A stretch of DNA of 64,000 bases. Source: Akkermansia muciniphila (GTDB lineage Bacteria > Verrucomicrobiota > Verrucomicrobiia > Verrucomicrobiales > Verrucomicrobiaceae). The DNA lies in the NCBI GenBank assembly GCA_945863205.1, contig CAMAZK010000001.1:2683-66682 (forward strand), given 5' to 3'. The translations under genes were made by a program, and so were the position numbers. Numbering within the stretch: the first letter of the stretch is position 1; each line of letters begins with the position of its first letter. Below, piece after piece: positions 47,148 through 55,497 of this stretch. The notes beneath the pieces are model-generated. The model was given only the letters and a program-made list of their open reading frames with translations. It had not been told where the DNA came from and made no database searches.

Positions 47148-47576
47148 ATGAATCGAAGGCTTCTTTCCCTCCTCGCCATGACGGTGCTGCTGCCCGCCTG
47201 CATGATTGTTAACTTCGAGCGGCTGCCGGATCGCGAGATCGATTTCGTCAGCGATGTGAAGCCGATTCTGGAGTCGCGCTGTCTGGAGTGTCACCACAGC
47301 CGCTATGTGTTTGCAGGCTTGAACCTGGAGACGAAGAAGCTGGCGATGAAGGGCGGACGAAGCGGGCCGGTGATCATTCCTGGAGAGCCGCACAACAGCC
47401 TTTTCTACAAGGTGCTGCTGCTGAGCGTGGAGCATCCCGTGGCCATGCCGCCGACACCGGAAAAGCTGGCACGCGAGCACCAGCAGATCATTCACGATTG
47501 GATTCTGCAGGGCGCGAAGTGGCCTGATGGCGTGCGCCTCGTTCCACCGCAGGACTGGAAGGCCAATCGCTCCTGA
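47148..47576 (+). CDS. planctomycete-type cytochrome c lipoprotein
   Basis: Lipobox LPAC, DF..DVKPIL..RCLECH, MPP, WILQGAKWP. Confidence 0.8.
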   Translation: MNRRLLSLLAMTVLLPACMIVNFERLPDREIDFVSDVKPILESRCLECHHSRYVFAGLNLETKKLAMKGGRSGPVIIPGEPHNSLFYKVLLLSVEHPVAMPPTPEKLAREHQQIIHDWILQGAKWPDGVRLVPPQDWKANRS

Positions 47577-47582
47577 TTTCCC

Positions 47583-48521
47583 ATGGAAAAGCCCCCGATT
47601 CTGCTGCTGGCCCCGCTGCCAGATTTTTTGATGGAGCCGCTGCTGGCGGCGAACGTTTGCCACGACTACTTCCGCGCTGCTGACAAAGAGGCGCTGCTGG
47701 CGGAGGTGGGCTCACAGATTCGCGGCATCGCGATGTCCGGCGGCAGCGTGGCGCCTGTCGCGCTCTTGGAGCGGCTGCCGGCGCTGGAGATCATCAGCGT
47801 GTTCGGCGTGGGCTACGATGGTGCACCGGTGGACTGGTGCCGCGAGCACGGCGTGCGCGTGACGAACACGCCGGACGTGCTGACCGACGACGTGGCGGAC
47901 ACGGCGGTGGCGCTCGTTTTGATGACCAGCCGGAACCTGGCCATGGCCAACCGTTTCCTGCATGCCGGATCGTGGACGCAAGGGCCGTTTCCGCTGGCGC
48001 ATGCGCTGCGCGGGAAGCTGGCTGGCATCGTCGGCCTGGGGCGCATCGGCAAGGCGATCGCTCAGCGCCTGGAGGCGCACGGCATGCGCATCGCATACCA
48101 CGGCCGCAGCCGGCAGGCGGTGGCGTGGGATTTTTTCGAATCGCTGGCGGACATGGCGCGGGAGGCGGATTTTTTGATCGCGGCCTGTCCGGGCGGTGCG
48201 GCGACGAAGCATCTGATCAATCGCGAGGTTCTGGAGGCGCTGGGCGCCGAGGGAACGCTGATCAACATCGCCCGCGGCTCCGTGGTGGACGAGACGGCGC
48301 TTGTGGCGGCGCTGCAGGCGGGCGTGATTCGCGGTGCCGGGCTGGATGTGTTTGAAAATGAACCGCAGATACCCACAGAACTGATGGAATGCAGGCATGC
48401 GGTGCTGCTGCCGCACATCGGCAGCGCGACGCACGAAACGCGGCGCGCAATGGCCGGGCTGGTGGTGGAAAACCTGGCGGCGCACTTCGCCGGGAGGCCG
48501 CTGCCCACGGCGGTGTGCTAA
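47583..48521 (+). CDS. D-isomer-specific 2-hydroxyacid dehydrogenase
   Basis: GVGYD, TNTPDVL, GLGRIG, NIARG, LDVFENEP, PHIGSAT. Confidence 0.92.
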   Translation: MEKPPILLLAPLPDFLMEPLLAANVCHDYFRAADKEALLAEVGSQIRGIAMSGGSVAPVALLERLPALEIISVFGVGYDGAPVDWCREHGVRVTNTPDVLTDDVADTAVALVLMTSRNLAMANRFLHAGSWTQGPFPLAHALRGKLAGIVGLGRIGKAIAQRLEAHGMRIAYHGRSRQAVAWDFFESLADMAREADFLIAACPGGAATKHLINREVLEALGAEGTLINIARGSVVDETALVAALQAGVIRGAGLDVFENEPQIPTELMECRHAVLLPHIGSATHETRRAMAGLVVENLAAHFAGRPLPTAVC

Positions 48522-48593
48522 AAAGAGGCGGCGTCGGTGGATGATGGCTCAAAGGCTGCTTGCCCTGAGGGGTGCTGACGTTATTAACCGCAC

Positions 48594-49184
48594 ATGATTA
48601 AACTGATTACTGGAGCCCTTCTCACCGCAGTCGCCGTTTTCGCCTGGGAGGCGGTGTCTTGGACGGCGCTCGGCTGGCATGAGAACGGATACCGCGAATT
48701 TCGTGACGACACGGCGGTGGCGGAGGTCATCAAGGCCAACGTGACCTCCGGCAAGGGCATCTACATGCTGCCATCGAGGGTCGAGGCCTCAAAACTGGCG
48801 ACGGCTGCCGAAAAGAAGGCCCACGAGGAAAAGCAGGCCAAGGCCCTGGAAGACGGCCCCTACATGTATGCGATCATCCGTCCCGGGAAGGGCGAGATCA
48901 GCATGGGAACGAACATGACGCTGAGTTTCATCCGCACGCTGGTGTGCTCCTTTCTTGTCGCGGCGCTGCTGAGCCAGGTGGCGTTGTTTTATCCGGCCAG
49001 GATCGCTTTTGTGGCCGCTGCGGGACTTTTTGCGGGCCTGACGGCCGACATGCCGATGTGGATCTGGTTTGAACAACCGGGGCGCGATACGGTGGTGAAC
49101 ATCGCGGATCATCTCATCGCCTGGATCATCGGCGGTGCCGTGCTGGGGCTCTTCGTGGGCCGTGAGCCAGTGCTGGATCGCTGA
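48594..49184 (+). CDS. hypothetical membrane protein
   Basis: Four hydrophobic segments, G.Y.LP motif. Confidence 0.7.
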   Translation: MIKLITGALLTAVAVFAWEAVSWTALGWHENGYREFRDDTAVAEVIKANVTSGKGIYMLPSRVEASKLATAAEKKAHEEKQAKALEDGPYMYAIIRPGKGEISMGTNMTLSFIRTLVCSFLVAALLSQVALFYPARIAFVAAAGLFAGLTADMPMWIWFEQPGRDTVVNIADHLIAWIIGGAVLGLFVGREPVLDR

Positions 49185-49187
49185 CAC

Positions 49188-49220
49188 AAAAAAAGCCCGG
49201 AGAGGTCGTCTCCGGGCTTT
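49188..49220. terminator. intrinsic terminator, probably bidirectional
   Basis: AAAAAAA-GCCCGGAGA-ggtcg-TCTCCGGGC-TTT between convergent genes. Confidence 0.85.
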
Positions 49221-49252
49221 GCATGAATCGAAACGGGACGAAGCCCGCAGGA

Positions 49253-50512
49253 TCAGTTCACTTCGAGGCAGACGCCCTCCGCCGTGCTGCGGGCGAAGAT
49301 CTTGCCATTGGCGAGGATCGGGTAGCTCCAGACCTTGCCATCGAGCACGTCTTTGCGGGCCACTTCCTTGTACTTTTCCGGATTGGCCTCGGAGACGACG
49401 ATTTCTCCCTTGTCGCTGGTGGCGATGATCTTGTCACCGGCAAGGATGACCTGGCCGGGGCCGAAGCCGCCTTCCTTCCACTTGTCTTCACCGGTGCGGA
49501 TGTCCACGCAGGCCAGGGGACCTGCGCCGTATTCCTTGAAGCTGAACATGCCGTAGAGGTAGCCGTCTTTCACAACGGGAGTGCTCCAGTGGTTGAAGCA
49601 CTCGTTTTCCCGACGCCAGATCTGTGCGGCGGCCAGCTTGCCGCCCTTCTTGCTGATTTTGAAAGCGCCCGCGCCGACGCCGTAACCGGCGGAGCAATAG
49701 ACGATGTCTTCAAACACGACCGGAGAGGCGGCGGTGCTGACTTTGAAGGGAAACTCGGCGCGCCAGAGCACGTCGCCCTTCTGCGGGTTCACGCCGACGA
49801 GACCGGTCTGGGTGAAGAAAATGGTCTGATGCACGCCGAGGATGTCGGCGAGGATCGGGGAGGCGTGGGTCATCTTGTCGTCCTCGCCCTTCCACACGAC
49901 CTTGCCGGTGTTCTTGTTCAAACCGAGCAGCGCCTGACCTGCGCCGCCGCCGGCGAGCATGAGGATGTCGCCGTCGATGAGCGGGGAGGCGGCGTTCTGC
50001 CACTTGATCATCTCACCGCTGTTTTCCTTCATCACGTCGTGGCTCCAAACCTGGGCGCCGCTGGCGGCGTCAAAGCAGAACACGCCGAGCAGGGAGTCGA
50101 TCACATAGACCTTGCCGCCGTCCACGACCGGGGTGGAGCGGGAGCCGTCGCCGCCCTTGTTGTCCTGGGTGCCGGCGTCGCCGCCGCCGTCGTATTTCGG
50201 GATGATGCTCAGCGGCTTGCTCCAGATTTCCTTGCCGGTCTTTTCGTCCAGGCAGAGGAGCATTTCGCCAGTGTTGCCGTCGCTTTCACCGGTGACGAGC
50301 GTGTAGGCTTTGCCATCCGCGACGGCGAAGCTGCTGAAGCCGAGATTGGTCGGCGATTTCCAGACCTGCTTCAGGCTCCAACTGGCGCCGGAAACGGCGG
50401 GGACGATGCCATTGCCCGCAGGACCGCGGAAGGCGGCCCAGTCGGCGGTGGCAGCAGAGGCGGCACCCGCGAGAGCGAGGCCGATGACGGTGGTGAGGTG
50501 GGTGCGTGTCAT
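49253..50512 (-). CDS. PQQ-binding-like beta-propeller protein (BamB-like)
   Basis: Signal peptide, ADWAAFRGPAGNG, repeated TG..W blades, VWSYP.LANG. Confidence 0.85.
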   Translation of the reverse strand: MTRTHLTTVIGLALAGAASAATADWAAFRGPAGNGIVPAVSGASWSLKQVWKSPTNLGFSSFAVADGKAYTLVTGESDGNTGEMLLCLDEKTGKEIWSKPLSIIPKYDGGGDAGTQDNKGGDGSRSTPVVDGGKVYVIDSLLGVFCFDAASGAQVWSHDVMKENSGEMIKWQNAASPLIDGDILMLAGGGAGQALLGLNKNTGKVVWKGEDDKMTHASPILADILGVHQTIFFTQTGLVGVNPQKGDVLWRAEFPFKVSTAASPVVFEDIVYCSAGYGVGAGAFKISKKGGKLAAAQIWRRENECFNHWSTPVVKDGYLYGMFSFKEYGAGPLACVDIRTGEDKWKEGGFGPGQVILAGDKIIATSDKGEIVVSEANPEKYKEVARKDVLDGKVWSYPILANGKIFARSTAEGVCLEVN

Positions 50513-50569
50513 GATGAGAAAATGCGCGAGCGAGGGGTGAACGAGGAATGAGGAGAAGCTCTTTCGTTG

Positions 50570-50640
50570 CCTGCGGAACACATAGGACACACAGAAAAGT
50601 CTGTCCTGCCTCTTTCCGTGCCTTTCCGGTGTTCCGGCGG
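50570..50640. repeat. imperfect inverted repeat of GGAACAC-like units
   Basis: CCTGCGGAACACATAGGACACACAGAAA versus minus-strand CCGCCGGAACACCGGAAAGGCACGGAAA. Confidence 0.45.
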
Positions 50641-50648
50641 TCAAAAAA

Positions 50649-51221
50649 TCACTCCACCGGCCGGCGGGAGCGCGGCTCGCGGGTCACGGTGTCGCCACAG
50701 CCGGCGCTGGTGACGAAGGGCCCGTCGGCCATCGGCGCGGTCTTGGTGAAGCCGACATCGGGCATGTCGCTGGGCTTGCCTTCGAGCGGGAAGTCCTTCC
50801 GCAGCGGGAAGTAGGGGTAGCCTTCCCACATCAGGATGCGCCGCAGGTCGGGGTGGCCGCTGAACTTGATGCCCATCATGTCCCAGACCTCGCGCTCGTG
50901 CCAGTTGGCGGTGGGCCAGATGTCACTGACGGTGGGGACTTCCTCATCCTCCGCCACTGCGGCGCGGATGCGGAGGTGCTGGAGGTGGCCGTAGCCGTAG
51001 AGCTCGTAAACCATCTCGAAACGAGGTTCCCTGCCCATGTAGTCCAGGCTGGAGACGTCCACGAGGTAGTCGAAGTTCAGCTCGTCACGGCAGTACTTCA
51101 GCATCGGCTTCGCACTGGCGAGTTTGACGACGAGCGTCTGTTCACCGCGGAATTCCTTCACTTCGAGCACGGCGTCGCCGAACTTCTGCTTCAGGGCTTG
51201 GGCCATTTCAGGGGCGTTCAT
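50649..51221 (-). CDS. nuoC: NADH-quinone oxidoreductase subunit C
   Basis: ANWHEREVWDMMGIKFSGHPDLRRILM, PLRKDFP. Confidence 0.93.
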   Translation of the reverse strand: MNAPEMAQALKQKFGDAVLEVKEFRGEQTLVVKLASAKPMLKYCRDELNFDYLVDVSSLDYMGREPRFEMVYELYGYGHLQHLRIRAAVAEDEEVPTVSDIWPTANWHEREVWDMMGIKFSGHPDLRRILMWEGYPYFPLRKDFPLEGKPSDMPDVGFTKTAPMADGPFVTSAGCGDTVTREPRSRRPVE

Positions 51222-51255
51222 GAGGAAAAGAGAGGGTCGGGAAGAAAGGTGGTTA

Positions 51256-51363
51256 AAATGACGAATGAATGGCCAAGAACGAATGAGCCATGAGAAGCCG
51301 TGTGCTTTGGGGCATTCGGGATTCGGACTTCATTCGACATTCCTCATTCTGGTTTCGTCATTT
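51256..51363. repeat. ORF-less heptamer-repeat hairpin between nuoB and nuoC
   Basis: Terminal IR AAATGACGAA / TTCGTCATTT; CATTCNN units on the right arm, GAATG units on the left. Confidence 0.6.
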
Positions 51364-51375
51364 CTGCGCAGCAGG

Positions 51376-51912
51376 TCAGGCGGTGAGTTCAGCAATCAGC
51401 TCCTTCTTCTGCTCCACAAAAGAGTGCTCGGTTTCGATCTTGCGCTGGAGGCGCATCAGGCCTTCGAGCAGCGCCTCAGGGCGGGGCGGGCAGCCGGAGA
51501 TGTACACATCGACGGGAATGATCTGATCCACGCCTTGGAGCACCGCGTAGCTGCGATACATGCCGCCACTGCTGGCGCAGGCACCCATGGCGATGCACCA
51601 CTTCGGCTCCGGCATCTGGTCCCACACGCGTTTCACGGCCAGGGCCATCTTGTAGGTCACCGTGCCGGCGACGATCATCACATCGGCCTGCCGGGGCGAG
51701 AACCGCATCACCTCCATGCCGAAGCGGCTCAAATCGTAGCGGCTGCAGGCGGCGGCCATCATTTCGATCGCGCAGCAGGCCAGGCCCATCGGCATCGGCC
51801 ACATGGAGTTCTTGCGCATCCAGTTGATGGCGGCGTCCATCTTGGTGAAGATGATATTGCCTTCGATTTTTGAATCGTAAGCGGCAACGGAGGATTCAGC
51901 AGGAGCAACCAT
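51376..51912 (-). CDS. nuoB: NADH-quinone oxidoreductase subunit B
   Basis: [29 protein letters not shown]. Confidence 0.95.
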   Translation of the reverse strand: MVAPAESSVAAYDSKIEGNIIFTKMDAAINWMRKNSMWPMPMGLACCAIEMMAAACSRYDLSRFGMEVMRFSPRQADVMIVAGTVTYKMALAVKRVWDQMPEPKWCIAMGACASSGGMYRSYAVLQGVDQIIPVDVYISGCPPRPEALLEGLMRLQRKIETEHSFVEQKKELIAELTA

Positions 51913-51973
51913 GGGAAAACAGGGGGTTTGGGACGGCCAGAATTACGCCCCGTGCGCAGGAGCGGCAATCAGA

Positions 51974-51991
51974 TTGTGAAACTTTTCACAA
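51974..51991. promoter_or_regulatory. Rex-consensus (also CRP-like) operator upstream of nuoB
   Basis: TTGTGAA-ACTT-TTCACAA, 61 bp upstream of the nuoB ATG. Confidence 0.7.
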
Positions 51992-52004
51992 AGGGGGTAC
52001 CGGG

Positions 52005-52162
52005 GGCGACTCCAGCGTGAACTTCATCGTGCGCCCGTGGACGAAGACCGCCAACTACCGGACCGTTGCTGGCCCCTGACAGAACGGGTGACGAAGGCCT
52101 TCGACGCGGGGGGCATTTCCATCTCGTTTCCACAAAGGGTCGTGCATCTCTACCAGCATCCG
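52005..52162 (+). pseudogene. C-terminal remnant of an MscS small-conductance mechanosensitive channel
   Basis: GDSSVNFIVRPWTKTANYRTV, a frameshift, then WPLTERVTKAFDAGGISISFPQRVVHLY; no 5' part. Confidence 0.7.
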
Positions 52163-52214
52163 CGAGGCGAGGGATCCCGCGGGTCGTCTGGCTGAAGCGG
52201 AAGCGCGCCGCGCC

Positions 52215-52234
52215 AAAAGCCGGCGGCTTCCGGC
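52215..52234 (-). terminator. possible weak intrinsic terminator of recQ
   Basis: Minus strand GCCGG-aagccg-CCGGC-TTTT immediately after the stop codon. Confidence 0.4.
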
Positions 52235-54181
52235 CTAACGCAGCATGGATTCCGTCTGCGCCAGGACATCGCCAAACGGGATGCGCTCCAGCAGGCCGAA
52301 GCTCGCATGCCGGCTGAGCCGCGCACGCGTGGTAGCGGGACTGGTGAGGCCGCAGAGGAAGCGTGCGAGCTGGCGAGGGGAGCGGAGCGCCGCATGGCGC
52401 TCTCCGAGCAGCTCCCGGATGGCGGCGACGTGCTCGACGGTGATCGGCGGCGCTTTGGATTGCGGAATTTCGCGCGGTGAATCGTCGGTGAGGCCCTTTT
52501 CCCGCTCCTTGCAGCTCGTGCAGGTGCCGCAGTCGGTGTCCATCACTTCGCCAAAGTAGTTGAGCAGCCAGCGCGTGAGGCAGCCGCGATGCCGGGCCAG
52601 CTCGAGCACCTGGTTCAGGCGTTCGACATCGCGCGTTTCGCGCTCGGAAAAGAGCTGCTGCATTTTTTTCGTGATCTCCTTCGGATCGCGGCGATGTGCG
52701 TCTTCGGAAAGGCGGTATTTCTGGCGGCTGCCGCTGGGCTTGAGTTCGATGTCGCCGCTTTCCTGCAGCCAGGTGAGCGCTTTGAGCACGCGGTCACGTG
52801 GTTCGTCGAGTTCGGCGGCGGCTTCATCAGGGTTGAGCGTGATCCATTTGGTGCCGCGCTTGCCGCATTCAAACAGCCGGCGCAAAAAGGCCTGCCGCTC
52901 CGGTTTATGGCCGGAAAGGATGCGCTGCTCCGGCTGGAGGAAGCGGATCTGGTAGCTGGCGTAAAACGAACCGAGCGGGCGCAGGATGCCGTTGAGTTCG
53001 AGGTTGGTGATGACCGTCTCGATGACCAGCGGGCGGATGTCCGTGGCGTGGGCCAGATCGTACATCGACACGTCGAATTCGGCGCCTTGCAGCAGCAGGT
53101 GGTCAAGAAGCTGCCGGATGGCCTGCGGCGTGGGCGTGTCGCCAAAGGTGAAGTTTTCCAGCACGATGCAGTCGTCGGCGCAGGCGAGCATCTGACAGAC
53201 GGACGGCTTGCCATCGCGCCCGGCGCGTCCGGTCTCCTGAGAGTAGTTTTCGAGCGTTTTGGGCAGGTTGTAGTGATAGACCGCCCGGATGTCCGCTTTG
53301 TCGATGCCCATGCCGAAGGCGATCGTCGCGACGATCACATCCGTCTGCCCGTTCATGAACGCATCCTGCGCCGCGTGGCGGTGCTCGTCCGGAAGACCGG
53401 CGTGGTAGGCCAGCGCGTTCACCCCGTTTTTCTGCAAATGCGTGGCGACATGCTCGGCGGTGTTTTGCAGCGTCACATAGACGATGGAGGGCACTTTGCG
53501 CTTCTGCAGCAGCTTCGTGAGCACGGGCAGGCGCTGCTGCGCCGTGCAGGGTGTGATGCGGAAGCACAAATTCGGCCGCAAAAACGAGGTCTGGACGTGA
53601 TCCGCCTGCTCGATGCCAAAGGCGCGGCGGATGTCCGCCGCGACGGAGGGTGTGGCCGTGGCGGTGAGGGCCAGGACGGGCCGGATGCCGAGTTCTTTGG
53701 CCACCAAAGCCAGTCGCAGGTATTCCGGGCGGAAATTGTGGCCCCACTCGGAGATGCAGTGCGCTTCGTCCACGGCCATCATGGCGATCTTCAGCTTCTT
53801 GAGCCGCTCGACGAAGTTTTCGTTCATGAGCCGCTCCGGGGCGATGTAGAGCAGTTTCAGCGTACCGTTGCGCATGTCGTCAAAGACCTGCATGGACTCA
53901 TCGGCGGAGAGGGAGGAGTCCAAACGCGCCGCCGCGATGCCCCGCGCCCGCAGCGCCTGCACCTGGTCCTTCATCAGCGCGATCAGCGGCGAGATGACCA
54001 GTGTCACGCCGTCCAGCAGAAGCGCCGGAAGCTGGTAGCAGAGGGATTTGCCCGCGCTGGTCGGAAACAGCGCCAGTGCGCTGCGCCCGGCCAGCAGCGC
54101 CTCCATCACCGGTTCCTGTCCGGCGCGGAAGGCCTTGTGGCCGAAATGCTGGCGGAGGGTGGCGGAAAGATCGTGGGACAT
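52235..54181 (-). CDS. recQ: RecQ family ATP-dependent DNA helicase
   Basis: PTSAGKSLCYQLP, DEAHCISEWGHNFRP, TATAT, AFGMGID, QETGRAGRDG, Zn-binding C...CGTCTSC. Confidence 0.92.
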   Translation of the reverse strand: MSHDLSATLRQHFGHKAFRAGQEPVMEALLAGRSALALFPTSAGKSLCYQLPALLLDGVTLVISPLIALMKDQVQALRARGIAAARLDSSLSADESMQVFDDMRNGTLKLLYIAPERLMNENFVERLKKLKIAMMAVDEAHCISEWGHNFRPEYLRLALVAKELGIRPVLALTATATPSVAADIRRAFGIEQADHVQTSFLRPNLCFRITPCTAQQRLPVLTKLLQKRKVPSIVYVTLQNTAEHVATHLQKNGVNALAYHAGLPDEHRHAAQDAFMNGQTDVIVATIAFGMGIDKADIRAVYHYNLPKTLENYSQETGRAGRDGKPSVCQMLACADDCIVLENFTFGDTPTPQAIRQLLDHLLLQGAEFDVSMYDLAHATDIRPLVIETVITNLELNGILRPLGSFYASYQIRFLQPEQRILSGHKPERQAFLRRLFECGKRGTKWITLNPDEAAAELDEPRDRVLKALTWLQESGDIELKPSGSRQKYRLSEDAHRRDPKEITKKMQQLFSERETRDVERLNQVLELARHRGCLTRWLLNYFGEVMDTDCGTCTSCKEREKGLTDDSPREIPQSKAPPITVEHVAAIRELLGERHAALRSPRQLARFLCGLTSPATTRARLSRHASFGLLERIPFGDVLAQTESMLR

Positions 54182-54240
54182 GGCTCACTCATGGCACTCC
54201 GGAGCCGGGCGAGGCAAGCGAATCGATGGGGGCGCCAACC

Positions 54241-54351
54241 TCAGCAGCTCCGCTCAAAGGCCGATGCCGAGCACTGCCGGCAGGCGGCGCAGAGATCGCA
54301 GATGCTGTTCTGCGGGTCGCTCTCACACTTCGGACAATGGACACAGAGCAT
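54241..54351 (-). CDS. candidate small Cys-rich peptide (36 aa, 8 Cys)
   Basis: MLCVHCPKCESDPQNSICDLCAACRQCSASAFERSC*, in an otherwise empty intergenic region and co-oriented with recQ. Confidence 0.45.
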   Translation of the reverse strand: MLCVHCPKCESDPQNSICDLCAACRQCSASAFERSC

Positions 54352-54615
54352 GCAAAAAGGGCGCTGTCCCGTGCCTAGGCGGGGGGTGCAGTGGACCTTC
54401 TCCTCTTTCGATTTTTTGGCGACGCAGGCACGCGAGGTGAGGCTGCGAATGGGATCAATTATGTCGTTCTTCATGGCCTGGATGAGTGAAATCTCCCGAT
54501 CCTTGCCCCCGACTGCCGAAATTCGGTATTGGCAGAATTGCCAATATGCGCGAAAAAGTTGCCCGCCCTGCCAACCGAGGGGGCCTGTGCCGACCCCCTC
54601 CCCCCTACCCGCCCC

Positions 54616-55491
54616 GTGAGCACCCCTTCGACTGAGAACCAGGCCTGTTTGAAGTGGAGCGGTGAAACTCTGCTCCTCGAGGGACCCTGCGTGATTGGCC
54701 GCAGGTCGGATAACGACTTGCAAATCAACAATGTACAGGCCTCCCGGCGCCACGCGCTGGTCATCCGCGTGAACGACGATTGGTGGCTGAATGATCTCGG
54801 CAGCCGCAATGGCGTCCAGGTCAACGGCGTCCGCCTTTCCGCCGCCCGTCGGCTCAGGGACGGGGACGAGATCCGTATCGCCAATCAGAGCATCACCTTC
54901 CGGCACTCCAGCCAGGGGCCGATCCACCGCAGCACCATCGCCGGGGGCACCACCCAGTTTGCCGTTCCGAACGGCGACGCCCCGACGCCCTCCGCCGTGT
55001 CCTGCGATCTCATCGTGGCCACGGAGACGGGCGCGATCCTGGAGGGGGACAAGGTCGGCTACTGGTACTTCGGCAAGGCCCTCGAACGCGCCCCCGGTGC
55101 CGAGCACTACCACCTGCCCGCAGGCGTCTGCCAGTGGCTGGAACGCGCCACCACGGCGGAGGAAAACGGATCCGCCTCCCTGGAACTGGAGGAAAAAGGA
55201 CGCCGGGTCATCATTTCCCTGGCCAGATACAAGGCGGGGCGCTGTTTCCTCCTCGTCCGGGAGGAGTCCTTCACAGCCTCCATGGAGAAAATCCAGACCC
55301 TGGGACTCACCGAGCGCGAGGCCGAGGTCATGCACTGGATCTGCCTGGGCAAGACCAACCAGGACATCGCCAAGATTCTGGACGTGACGGTCCACACCGT
55401 GAACCGGCACGTGGAGCACATCTTCAAAAAGTTCGGCGTGGACAACCGCCAGAAGGCCGTCCTCACCGTGCAGGAGCGCCTGACAGCCTGA
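54616..55491 (+). CDS. FHA domain + LuxR-type HTH transcriptional regulator
   Basis: IGR....D, SRRHA, DLGSRNG (FHA); LTEREAEV..W...GKTN..IA..L...HTV..H (LuxR). Start uncertain (54529-54616). Confidence 0.85.
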   Translation: MSTPSTENQACLKWSGETLLLEGPCVIGRRSDNDLQINNVQASRRHALVIRVNDDWWLNDLGSRNGVQVNGVRLSAARRLRDGDEIRIANQSITFRHSSQGPIHRSTIAGGTTQFAVPNGDAPTPSAVSCDLIVATETGAILEGDKVGYWYFGKALERAPGAEHYHLPAGVCQWLERATTAEENGSASLELEEKGRRVIISLARYKAGRCFLLVREESFTASMEKIQTLGLTEREAEVMHWICLGKTNQDIAKILDVTVHTVNRHVEHIFKKFGVDNRQKAVLTVQERLTA

Positions 55492-55497
55492 TACGCC

